Positions 1-12,799 of a stretch of 64,000 nt of DNA are shown in pieces. The position numbers and the translations under genes are program-made. Origin of the DNA: Paragordius varius (taxonomy: Eukaryota; Animalia; Nematomorpha). The stretch's first letter is position 1. Every line of letters begins with the position of its first letter. The notes below the pieces were generated by a model. That model ran no database searches, was not told the DNA's origin, and saw only the letters and a program-made list of their open reading frames with translations. Location: assembly GCA_964247055.1 (NCBI GenBank), contig OZ176056.1, positions 4,402,001 to 4,466,000 on the forward strand. The letters run 5' to 3'.

Positions 1-119
1 AAGGAATACAATTTAAAAATGATCTAATTTTTCAATTAAAACTAAAATAAAATCCGAAGTTATCCCATTTATAATTTGATAATGCGGACAAAATGTTAAA
101 TTAAAATATATATTTTAAG

Positions 120-3100
120 GACATTCCATAGCCAATGGCTATTTTAACGACGAAAATACGAACAATCATATTCCGATTTGGCCAACTTTAAACCATAAAA
201 ATCCAGGTAAGAACATATATCTTATATATATATATATATAATATAACCATTAATAATAGAATAAATTTTAAACATTAAACTTTATGCACAATATAATAAT
301 TTCTTATGTTTTGCCCCTTTTATAGACTTATTTCCTATAAACTATGATTTTATAAACATTTTTGTCAATTATGAAGTTTCATATTTTTTGGGTGGCGTGT
401 TAGTCACCCTTGAACCTTACTAAGCTATATTAATCAACACCAATAGATTGGCAAAATATGGATAAAAGTATGGGTAATAGCCATGCCATTGGAAATATCA
501 CAACGAACCGAATTGATGAAGTTTATTCAAAGCCTAAGGCATACAAATTTACTAAGAACGGTTTCCCTACTATAATATAATTATTATTGATCCAATAATT
601 TTTAATTATGTATGCACCATGATTTTTTCTTCAGATTTAGACTCAAAATTAAATAAATCTCGTACGGTTTTGGCAAGTATTATTTATTAATATAACAAAT
701 TTTAACCAAATTATATCGTACCTGATATAGAGGTGAAAACACGATCAATTCCTGATTCCAACTTTATTTTAAAGATTAATGGTAAAATATTTTAATATAC
801 ACGCTTTGTTAGTATTATTATGTATATATATACTTTAATATTTCTTAGAAAAAATCATTTTGTTACTTATCTGTTCAAAATTTAGATAGCTTCCAAAATT
901 AAATTAACATTTTTAATTTTTGAATAAAGCACCTCTCAGATAAGCATATTAATAACATCCGTATTTATTTCAGGTCCTACTATCCAAAAAATTAAAAAAA
1001 AAATTTGATTATGAAAATTAAAACCCAAGTAAATGGAGAATCCTACTATTGTTAGTTTTAATGAGTAAATAAATTAAACAGTCATTAACTAGCATATATT
1101 AAAATTAAAATTATTTTGTCTCGTTTGGCAGTAAAATGGTATTTTGCTAGAAAATCAAATTTAATTTACAATTTTAATTTAAATTATATTGCCCTATCTC
1201 TACAATATTAAATAAATTCTTAACAATACCCAGAAATGAATCATCTAATTTGAATATTTACTTTTTTGTAAAACATAAAAATCTATATGATACAATATAT
1301 GGAAGAATAATAATTATTTTTTTAATATTAATTTTTGTCTTGAACAACAGGTAAATTCCAAACAATACATGATAACCATAATGATTATATAGCATATAGT
1401 ATATTTGCAACGATCATTATCGTTTAAAGCATTTTTTAAAATTTTACCTCAAATGTGACATAACTGACTTAGAGGTCAAGGAAAACTGGTTTTTTACTTC
1501 CTTTAGACATCAAAATATTACATCAATATAAGTGGTAACAAAAACAAAATCCTTAAAAATAAATTTGTTCATAGCGATGTCGATTTTGTGTTTTATATAA
1601 AAGATTTTAACATTATAAATGTTAATTAAGCTTATAATTATTTTAGATACTAAAGATATCACGGCAGAGGTTGAAAAATGGATTCAGGACAAAAATATAT
1701 CCGAAAATATTCCCGGTCAGCACTTATAATTTTTGTGATACAATTGGCTAAATTCATATGATATGCTAATTTTTTACTTTGATTGATTTTAGAATTCAAC
1801 TATACAAAGTTATTGGTTATGGCACCCAAAGATAAAACAAAAGGTTTATAATAATATTGTTAAATTAGCTAAAAAAGCAATCAATTTTTTTTTGAAACAA
1901 GGAAATTTATATTAGATTATTTATCACCAATTCAGCTCGTATTTATCTAGTTTAACTCTACTCTATAAATATGTTAACAATGAATAAATATAAATAAAAA
2001 ACCCTAAATACTATTATCTTGATCAAAGAAAAATAAATGTTATCTCCGCTTCTGAAAATAAATTAATATATTTTGATAAATTTAGACCGGGTTTTAAAAT
2101 CTCTTTGGATTATATAATTTCAATGATTAGGCTTGTTTATGACACTTATTTTTTCGATTTAGCTATTTTTTAAAATTAATTGCCTTAATTTTTTAATTAA
2201 AAGGAATTCAAAATAATATTCAATAACCTTTTATTCTGTATTTTTTAGAGATATCTGATATAGTGGCAAACATCTCCCATGCTACCAATGTCAATGTTTC
2301 TGAAGATACAAATACACATGGTTTAATGAAAATTAATAATATATTTTATTTTTATTACATTATATTTTATCAAAATTAGACGTTGCTTTAAGTAAATTTG
2401 ATTATAACATGCTTAAACTTACTGATATAGTATTACAAATTGGTAATTTTTTTCAATTATATAAATGAGGGTTATTATCCAAAACATTTCTGAGGCCCGT
2501 GAGAAATTTCAAATACAAAATTTTACGAAATTAGAAAAAATATCCTAATAAATTTTCTGATAAATTTTTCCGAAAGCCATTTGAGTTAAAAACCCTGATA
2601 AAGATTGCGTCTTTCTCGGAATTTTATAATGTAAAAGATAGGTCTGGTATGATATGAGAAATGCAATCAATTATAAAAAATTCAGCTTATATTTTTTTAT
2701 ATATATGTAGTTTTTTTTCATTAATTCAAATTTTGCTTTGCTCCATATTTTATAACAAACAGCACCTAAGATTTTGTTATATGATATAAATCTAATTACT
2801 AAGAGGCCCTGTGACACTCTGATTAATAAGGTGACCAGATTTTTTGAAGGAAAAAGCGGGACAAATCTGAGAAGGGAAAGAAGGGTCGTTGGGGGGTACA
2901 ACCAAAAATTTTTATTCATATTGTAATATTTATTTATTAACAATACACTATAAATATAAAAAAATTTGTACCTTACAAATTGTTTGTACCATATTCAATA
3001 TATTTACATGTGCATGAACAAAGGGTGAAGTGATTGGAATATTCTAAAAAAAATAAATAAAGACGAAATCATCAAAAGTGCGCCGAATGATGCAAGAAGC

Positions 3101-6100
3101 GGCACAAAATATATTTTTAACAATTTAGCGAATAATCTTAATCAAAACATTATTGGCAGATACACAACGCTATTCAAACAGCTACTGATTTTTTACCCCT
3201 GGATGTGGAAAATATAGATGTTAAAATGCTTAGACATGAACTGTTGGTTAGCTTTTTTGCCAGCGATTGAAATATTTATAAAAATATGATCTCCTAGAAT
3301 CCCATTTTTTATCACAGAACAAAGGTTCAAGTTACAAGTCAAAAAAAGTTAGAAAATAATTTTATACCATTAATCGCAATATTATAAAGCATCCAGAAAA
3401 ACAAGGCTCAATGAATAGCCAGAATACAAAAATGTATTATACAAATTGAAACGATTATTTGGAACACAAGACAGTGCACAATGACACTTTTTTATTAAGC
3501 CTCATTATTAAATAAATATAATGATTGAAAACTTATATTATGGACAACAGAAAAAAATACGTAGGATAGAAATAATAATCATTTTTAAACAAATTATGTT
3601 CCATACAATAATATTTTAATTTGCAATATCTTTACCTGAACCACTGCTATTGAACGCGTTCCACAGTAAATTAAGCAAGGACATGGAATCAAATTTAAAT
3701 GTTGAATAAAAGCCAATTTGATGTGTTCAAATATAATTTGAATTATGAAGACTTATACAATTTGAGCAATTTTGTTTATTTTTTAACACCAAAACGTTAA
3801 AGAAAATATTTTTTTCTTTGGTATATTTTTTTGTTTGAGTGAATGCGTTTTAGCAGACTGTCATCATTTTTTAAAATATTGTAGAAGTCTTCACAAGAAT
3901 TTGTCAAATTATATTTGACGGATAAAACGGCCTTTAAAGTTTCAACATTAAAATTTGATTTTTTCGATGTTTACACCTGATTTACTGTGGAAAAACGCGC
4001 TCAGTAGCAGCGTTGGTTCCAGGTAAAGATAGTGCTAATTCCACAATTTTTAAAGTATTAGTATGGAACATAGTTGGCTTCAAAATGATGAATTATTTCC
4101 AACCATTTCTTTTCTACTGATATTTTCCTGTCCATAATTTAAGTTTTTCATTACTAATATATCCTATAACTAATGAAACTCAGAAAAAATATGATTTTCT
4201 GAAAGATTAATTTTTGAGAATTTTTGGGAAATCAAATGATTTTTGAACATCGCACCAATTGAATTCTGATTTTAATGTTATGCAATGAAAATGATCAATT
4301 TCATTGAATTGCGTCGTCCAGTCGTCTAAAAAATCTTTACAGTTTGTATAAAACATTATTATATGGTACAGGATATCTTGGCGATTTATTAAGCCTTGTT
4401 TTTTTAAATTATTTATTATATTGCGGATGGTTAATGGTATAAAATTATTTTCTAACCGTTCTTGACATTAAAATTTTAGGTTACTAACTTCATTGGCTAC
4501 TTCGATTGCCGAAATTTCGTCACCTTCTATAAATTTAATAATATTTTGAAAGAAAGAAGCTTGATTATGTAAGAATTCTAACCATATTTTTGAGAGAAAA
4601 CTTTTTTAAAGTTGTAGGACATTTGTACTGTGATAAAAAAAGATATTGAAGGATCATACATTTTTAAAATTGTTTCGATAGCTGGCATAAAACCTATATA
4701 ACGAGTACAATAACCAAGCATTTTTTGAACTTCTGCATTTTCACAGAATTCTTTATGCGTTTCAACACGTACCGTGTTTATATAAAAATAAAATATTTTA
4801 ACTACTTTTTCCATATCTAGGGGTAACAAATCAGCAGCTGTTTGAATAGCGTTGTGTATGATATCCGCTGCACACCCAACGTCAATAATGTTTTGATTAA
4901 GATTATCTGTTAATTTATGAAAAATATTTTTTCTTCCCTCCTTGCTTTTCCATAGAAAGTTCGTATTGGTGTTGTCAGTGCAATATGCGATAATTTTGTC
5001 TTTTAAATTATTTTTTTCTAGAATATGCATTAACACTTCGATTCAAATTGGGGTATCTAAATACCCCAGACTAAATTTATATTAAAATTTTTAAAAAACT
5101 ACTGAAAGAAACGGTCCCAATTTAAATTTATGCTTCTATCCTGATAAATACTATATAAATATGTCAAAATATCTTGATAAAATTTTGTTTTGAAAAAAAA
5201 AGCTTCATCTCAAACTACTTCGACGCCATTTTTATTTTACAAAATTTTTGCAAAATATCGTCTTCATTTAATTTTAAGGGTAAAACTAAAGCTTATTTTT
5301 AATATAAATCACATCTAACATTGATAGAAATAGAAAAAGCGGTTTATATTTTATTATTTTTTAATTTTACAATTTGACACATGTCAAGTTGACTAAATTT
5401 TTACCTTTCAGTTTTAGCTCAAAATAAGTAATATCAAGTATTTTTGAATAAAATTTTTTATATATTTCGGTTTATTAATGTTATATAAGTGCAAAATTTT
5501 GCCATGGTTTTGATTGCTTCCATACTTTTTAAAGTATTTGATTTTAAACAGGCCTGGGGAATCCAACAACCCCAATTTGAATCGAAGGACTAAAATGAGT
5601 GTGTTGTATCCAAGTGTTAATGAAGTAAATATTATTTCAAAATTTTCACCGGGTAGAGAAATTCATTCTAAAATTATAATTCTTACTCCTGTTTCTGAAT
5701 CAAAATATCTTATTAAAGTGGGAAATAATTTTGTTTCATGGTGATTTGATGCATCAGAGTATGGGGATAAGAAATTAATTTTTAGCAAATTTTTTTGTAT
5801 TTCAGTAAATGCATGTGGCGAAAGGACATTGCACACAATGGCTTCAGCCTTTGTACGGGTACATGTAAATTTTTTATGGAATAACGTGCGAATAACCTGT
5901 GAGGTACAGTCCATAGATCTAAAGGAATGATTGTGATTAACGGCGTGAAAAGATAACACGCCCTCAGCTAGTGCCTAATTCTTTTCATCCTCTCCAAAAG
6001 CGGTTTTTCAAAAAAAATCGTCCATTTTTTAAGATGATGCCCCCATATCGAAAACATTTTTATGTTTCTGTGTTTCCATATGCTTTGTAACATCATGCTT

Positions 6101-9100
6101 GCCGCCATGTGCTAGGGTAAATTCCCCCTCGCATATAATACATTTAACAGATGATTCATTCTTCGTTTTTTTGATAAAAGGAAAACCTTTCATTAATTCA
6201 TCGTTGAATTTACAACCTCTTTTTGTGGTCATATTTTTTAAACTACTATTAGCATAATAAATATTATATTTTTTGGAATAAACGTGTAAGGTACCGATTT
6301 GTGGTATCAATTTGTGTTTTAAGCAACCGATTTGTGGTAGGTATCTTTTTAATAATGTTGGCAAGTAATAAAACTAAAATATTAGTATAATTAATATTAT
6401 ATTACCTTAATTTCTGGAATAAACGTGTAAGGTACCGATTTGTGGCATCAATTTGTTTTTTAATCTAGAGATTTGTGGTATTAACTTGGATTTTGATAAT
6501 GATGACAGTAGTAGGAAGGAAAGTGTATAATTATATAAATTTGAAAAAAATAATTTTTATTTAAAAATAAAAAATTTAAACGGATAAAATATTTGTAATA
6601 AAAAAATTTTTTTTAGATAATCGTGAAAAAGCAGGACATTTTAAAAACGTAGCGGGACGCGGGACAAGGTGTGAAAAGGCGGGACTGTCCCGCCAAAAGC
6701 GGGACGTCTGGTCACCTTATGTATTAATCACTTTTTTTTACTAAAATGGCTTTTAAAATATTTTAGGTGGGTACTCAGGTATATATTTTCAACCATCCCG
6801 AATCTTAATTTATTATATATATAATCATTATTTTACATTTTCCGTATAAATCGTTTTTTTGAAAACTGGTTTCTTTAAAATTAATACTGTTTTAATTGGA
6901 AATTAAATATAGATCAAGTGATTGAAAAATATATCCTATAACTTATGATAAATTGCATATATATTTTACAGTAATTGGCATCTTGTCTTGTACAATCGGA
7001 GCAATAGCTACCACAACTACCAAAATAAGTGCCCAAAGTATAAAAATCTTATTGAATCTATGATGTCCAATGTTACTTTTTTTATTAATAATACAGCAAA
7101 TATTAGATTTTGAAGTTGTTTAATCATTAACTATATATTATATATATATAGAAGAAATTTTTCTAAAAATTTTTAGTTTTTAAGCATCATTTAAACCCTC
7201 CTGTATTCTCTAAGATCAATAGACAAATTAGAATGTATGGGAATTTTAGTTTTTTAGGAATGGTATATTGATTTAATAAATCTGCAACTTGTGGCTATTT
7301 AGAGTGTTGAAATATTTAGAAAAAAGTTTGTTATAAAATGTTAAGCCTAAATTAAAATTGGTTAAAGTTATTTATTTTCGATGTAATTATTTAAATCAAG
7401 TGATCAGTATATTAGTAAACCAAAGTATATCCAAAAGTCCAGCACACAAAAAATTACCTCATGTAATGTAGACTGGGTCCGAAATCGGGAGGTATAAAAA
7501 TAACTTGATGAAATATATATATAAATTCTGATAAGAAAATATACCAGGATTATCATGGTAGTGCTTTTGGTTTTGGTCCTTACGAGAGATTTAAGCTACT
7601 TACAGTTTTTTGTAGGTGCTCCGTATTAGAAAATGGCATAATTTGTGCATTAGTTAAATAAAATTTTTATGATAAAAAAATATATTATACACTATTAAAA
7701 ACCAATTTTTTTTAGATGCAGGCTCCAGTTTCATATTACGCTTCTAAAATGGGCTTCTTAGTAAAATAATGACGGGATAATCAATTTATTAAATATGTGC
7801 TAAATTTTGTCAATAAAATTTTTTTAACAAAATGCATACACAAAAATTTGATTTATATCTTAAAGCGATTTACCGTTTTCTTCATGCTTTAAAATAGGAA
7901 AAAGTACACTTTAACAAAACTTTGCTAAAAATTGAATTATTGCAAAAATGTTTTTTATTAAATTATTTTTTTATGTCAAAATTTAGCATGTATTATGAAT
8001 TTGCCGCGCAATCAAGGCATTTTGCGTTTATTTTTAAAACTGACCATTTTAGAAGAGCGAAAAAATTAGGGACTTTTTTATCGAAAAATTATGATATATT
8101 TATCTTTGACCAATAAACATCATTACAAAAAATGTACTCAAATTTTGCCATTTTTTTGATAGGGCACCTACCACAAAGGTTTCAATAACTTTATACCACT
8201 CGTTAAAGCCAAGAAAGCAGGATTAATTCTAATATATTTTCCTATCATATATATTTCATCAGGTTATTTTTTGTGGACACAGTTTATATAGAAATGTATT
8301 AAAAATTTGGTTAAAGATGGTTTTGTAAAAATCCTTAAAAATATTGCATTGAACCTCGTATTCCCATCTTGGGCAGAATCATTGCTTATTTCTTGGATTG
8401 CATAATTAATATAATATAAAAATAAACCATTCTATGATAATACAATGTACAAAAATAGCGATAGAAAAATGTATCAGGATGGTGCTTTTTCGGGGGCTTA
8501 CGAGTGACATAAGAAAGTTATTTATACTTTTATGGTATGTTTCCATATCAGAAAATGACAAAATAGAGCTATTTTATGCAATAAGTTTTTTTTATAAAAC
8601 TAAATGCTTTATTCCAAAAAGAATCACTAAAATTTATTTTAACTCCTTAAAAGCAAAACAGTATTTTTATAATATTTTAGATGTGGACTCCAAAAGTCCC
8701 GAATCTTTGCTCTTCTAAAACCGGCTAGTTTTTTAAATGAATGCAAAATTGTTAGATTGGGTGATTGAATAGATAAAAAAATATTTAAAAAACCTAAGTT
8801 TATTTTTTAGCAGATTTTATTGAAGCGCACTTCATAGGTATGATGAAAACGATATAAAAACACTTTTAGATATGGTAAAAACACTTTTAAATATAATTTT
8901 ATGATGGTAAACATTTTTCTCACCTCAGATTTTGATTAAATATTTTGTCTTCGAATTTACCTCAAATGCGTTTTTATATAGAAATTAACCAAAATTTAAA
9001 AAGCAAAGAACCTTTATAAAATTTCTCAATAGATAGAAATGTTCAGCATCATTAAATTATATAGAAAAGTATTTTTATAATATATAAGATCGTTATACTG

Positions 9101-10379
9101 TTTTGTATGCCTATAAATAGTGAATACGCTCAGCAAAAACTTTCTAAATATTTGCTAAGAATTTAATTTTTCCAAAAGTACATTTTTAAATTTATTGTGA
9201 AATTTCGGCATTTTGGCGGTTATTTTATAAGAATAAGCCCGTTTTAGAAGAGCAAAAAAATTTGAGACTTTCGGAGCATACATCTTAAAATAAAAATATT
9301 GTTTTGCTTTTTATAAGTAGTTAATGATATATTTTAGTAATATTTATGTGGATGAATTAAAATATTTAAAAACGTGGTCAAATTTTGCAAAGGGCACTTA
9401 GCCTAAAAATGTAAATAACTTTTTTATATCACTAAGGGCCAAAACCAAAAACCATTCTGTGTAATAATGCATATCTTATAAAAAATATAAGATATCAAAG
9501 TAAAACTAAGACTTAAATATTTCAATTGTTTGCTAATTAATTTATGAATAAATAAGCAATATAAAAAAGATAATTAAATTTGTGGTTTAAGGTTACATGG
9601 ACTTTATTTACTATCTTGTTTAAGTTTTTAGCAGAATTTTGCGAGTAACATTATTTTATTATTTAAAACATAGTTTTCATTGATTTTGTAGCTCCAAAAA
9701 GTAAAATATGTTATTAATTATTTATGATATATTAAAAGGTTTTTGATAAATTGTCTTAAAATTTTTTGAAATTAACCGTGGAAGTGCAATTTCGAAATTA
9801 ATATTATATATTTATATTAGTTTTGAAATAGGATCACCAATAATTGTTTTAATTTTTTGCGTAATCCAAGCCAAGCAGACAAAAATATTTGGCTTAAGAC
9901 TTTCGATATTTTTCTATTTAACCAAAATATCGCTAATAAAAAATATCTGCAAAGATTGGCATTGAACTCGTTTTATTTTAATTCATTACATCATAGATAT
10001 TATTTCAAAATATGTTTACAAAATTTTCAATTCGTTACGCTAAATAACATGATTATATGTTTATACACTGCATTCAAAATCGTGGGTATATAAATATCCT
10101 GATATGAAATATATATTCTGATAGTAAATCGTATCAGTATTAATATGGTATTTTTTGGTTTTGCCCTCACGAGTGATATAAGAAATATGACTTTATTAAC
10201 TGCTTCATATCAAAATAACCGAAATTTACGCACAATGGTTAGGCAAACTTCTTTGGTGATGGTAATAGCTTAGTTCCCAAGAATATTATTTAATATATCA
10301 TAATATGCATAAATATCATCTGGGGACGGCAATGTAAAGTATTTATTGTATATCACAAGAACAATGCGTTATATCATGA

Positions 10380-10416
<37 letters not shown>

Positions 10417-12762
10417 AAAATAATTAGGTTTAATGTATTCAATATATCAAGGTGAGATGTTTGCTTATATACAATTATCTCAAGGTATAATAATAATATT
10501 CACAAGTCGTGTGGAGGTTATAATAATATAATAATAGTATACAGATAAGTTAATAGGTTAATGTACTGATATATAACGAATGTTGTGTGTTTAACCTAAT
10601 CGTGTAATAACAGGTCTATTCAAATTAGCCTCTAACATCACTTCCCCCCCCCCCTAACGAAAGCGGGCAGGTTTCTGCCGAGTTCTTGTCGGGGACCGCC
10701 GTTCTTGTGTTTTAGCGGGGGAGTAGATAGTCTCAGGTTTCTGGGTATTATCATTATTTGTCGGCTGTCGGAGTAATTGGTTCGATTTTGTCCCTTGAAT
10801 TGATCGTGTTTGGTTGCGTTCCAGCGATTGTTCCATCATCCGTGGCAGTGGTTACCTCCTCCTCATTTGTGTTGCTGGCAGTGGTCGGCTGTGGTTGTGG
10901 TTGTTGTACTATTTGGTCAGCGTGTTTCCTCACAACTTTGTCTCGGTCCTTGTCCCATACCTTGTATGAAAATAACCCTGTACGGTCCGTAATCTCTCCG
11001 GTGCGCCACCCTGGACTTAATTCATTTTTAATCATTACCTGGTCATTAATGGCAAACTGCCGTAAGGGGGGCCGGTGCATCTAACAATCTCTCCCTACTA
11101 TTAAACCAGGTTAAGGGCGTATGGGGGGTACGCCTAAACATTAACTGGGCCGGGGTTTCTTTCGTTGTTGAGTGTATAGAATTTCTATACGCCCATAAGC
11201 TAGTGTTATACGCTTCGTGGGTGGATAACCCATTATTTTTTATTCTTTTGTATTTATTTTTTATTGTACCTACTAACCTTTCTACCATCCCATTACTCTT
11301 AGAGTGGTAGGGGGTAACCTTAATATGTTTCACCCCTAACGTACTTAAGGTTGACGTAAAGTACTCGTTACTGAAGTACGAAGCGTTATCGCTCACGATC
11401 TCTCTTGCAAAGCCAAACCTTGCAAACGTTTCTTCTAATTTGTGGATTATACTCGCTGCAGTTACCTTTTTCAACATAAATCCTTCTGCCCATTTCGAGG
11501 CACTATCAATTATCAACAACCAATACAAACCGTCTACCGGTCCTATCAATATGCAAACGCTCCCACTAGCAACATTGTGATCCCACTGATACGTGGAATT
11601 CTAAGTGACATTCGGCCTACTACGTTGGCACGATTCGCATTGAATACTGGCTTTTACCAGGTCATTTTCTAATTCTGGCCAATAACACGTAAATCTGGCC
11701 ATCGCTTTCATGGTCTCTACGTTGTTATGCCCGCTGTGTAGGTATCTCACCATCTCTTTTTGGAGGGGTTTCGGAATTACAATCCGATCATTTAAACTTA
11801 ATAAGCCATATTGATGTGCCAACTCGTCTTTACAGTTTACAAACTTTTTTAATTCTGGAGAACTCCAGTCATGGTTGTTTAACGCTTTAATTACTTTTTG
11901 TAATACTGAATCTAATGCGGTTTCTTTTCTAATTTCATCTCTGCCGCACGTTATGATAATTCAAAAATCACAAATATCTGGTAACCCCATAATCTTCATC
12001 ATAGGCAAGATCTCGTCAATCAGCCATCTCGATAAATAATCAGCTCTATTTTGAGCCCCTTTTTGATGACTTATTTCAAAGTCGTATTCATTTATCATAT
12101 TAATCCACCTTAGTATTAGTTTGCCATTAATGACCAGGTAATGATTAAAAATGAATTAAGTCCAGGGTGGCGCACCGGAGAGATTACGGACCGTACAGGG
12201 TTATTTTCATACAAAGGGTGGGACAAGGACCGAGACAAAGTTGTGAGGAAACACGCTGACCAAATAGTACAACAACCACAACCACAGCCGACCACTGCCA
12301 GCAACACAAATGAGGAGGAGGTAACCACTGCCACGGATGATGAAACAATCGCTGGAACGCAACCAAACACGATCAATTCAAGGGACGAAATCGAACCAAT
12401 TACTCCGACAGCCGAAAGCACAAATAATGATAATACCCAGAAACCTGAGACTATCTACTCCCCCGCTAAAACACAAGAACGGCGGTACCCGACAAGAAGT
12501 CGGCAGAAACCTGCCCGCTTTTGTTAGGGGGGGGAAGTGATGTTAGAGGCTAATTTGAATAGACCTGTTACTACACGATTAGGTTAAACACACAACATTC
12601 GTTATATATCAGTACATCAACCTATTAACTTATCTGTATACTATTATTATATTATTATAACCTCCCCACCACTTGTGAATATTATTATTATACCTTGAGA
12701 TAATTGTATATAAGCAAACATCTCACCTTGATATATGCGAATACATTAAACCTAATTATCTT

Positions 12763-12799
<37 letters not shown>

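Larger units (their letters stand above)
2827..6719 (-). mobile_element. hAT DNA transposon, Blackjack-type, decayed, in an intron of gene A
   Basis: Terminal inverted repeats TAAGGTGACCAGA at 2827 and 6707-6719 with GTCCCG/CGGGAC subterminal repeats. Minus-strand transposase pieces: Zn finger CIICEGEFTLAHGGKHDVTKH, HNHSFRSMDCTS, DASNH, TDNTNTNF, and hAT dimerisation motif LSLPGTNAATERVF near 4.0 kb. Stops and frameshifts are present. The 8-bp flanks (ctgattaa/tgtattaa) match only partly. Confidence 0.85.

Noticed and set aside
1869-1905. Possible GA-AG introns (candidate exons 1869-1901 and 20306-20341 ending AAG|GA)
   Set aside because: No paralogous exon supports either, so they cannot be told from chance; would need junction reads.
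2461-2654. Possible further minus-strand exon continuing the 7-kb antisense gene
   Set aside because: Several frames are partly open, but none gives an unambiguous splice and phase solution.
7922-10093. Short ORFs 7922-8116, 8434-8718, 9857-10093
   Set aside because: Lie in or beside degenerate R7 repeats; AT-biased composition and no motifs.
10758-12421. ORFs 10758-11084(+), 10810-10992(+), 11442-11672(+), 12116-12421(-), 12184-12366(-)
   Set aside because: Antisense shadows of the Gypsy integrase and its tail.
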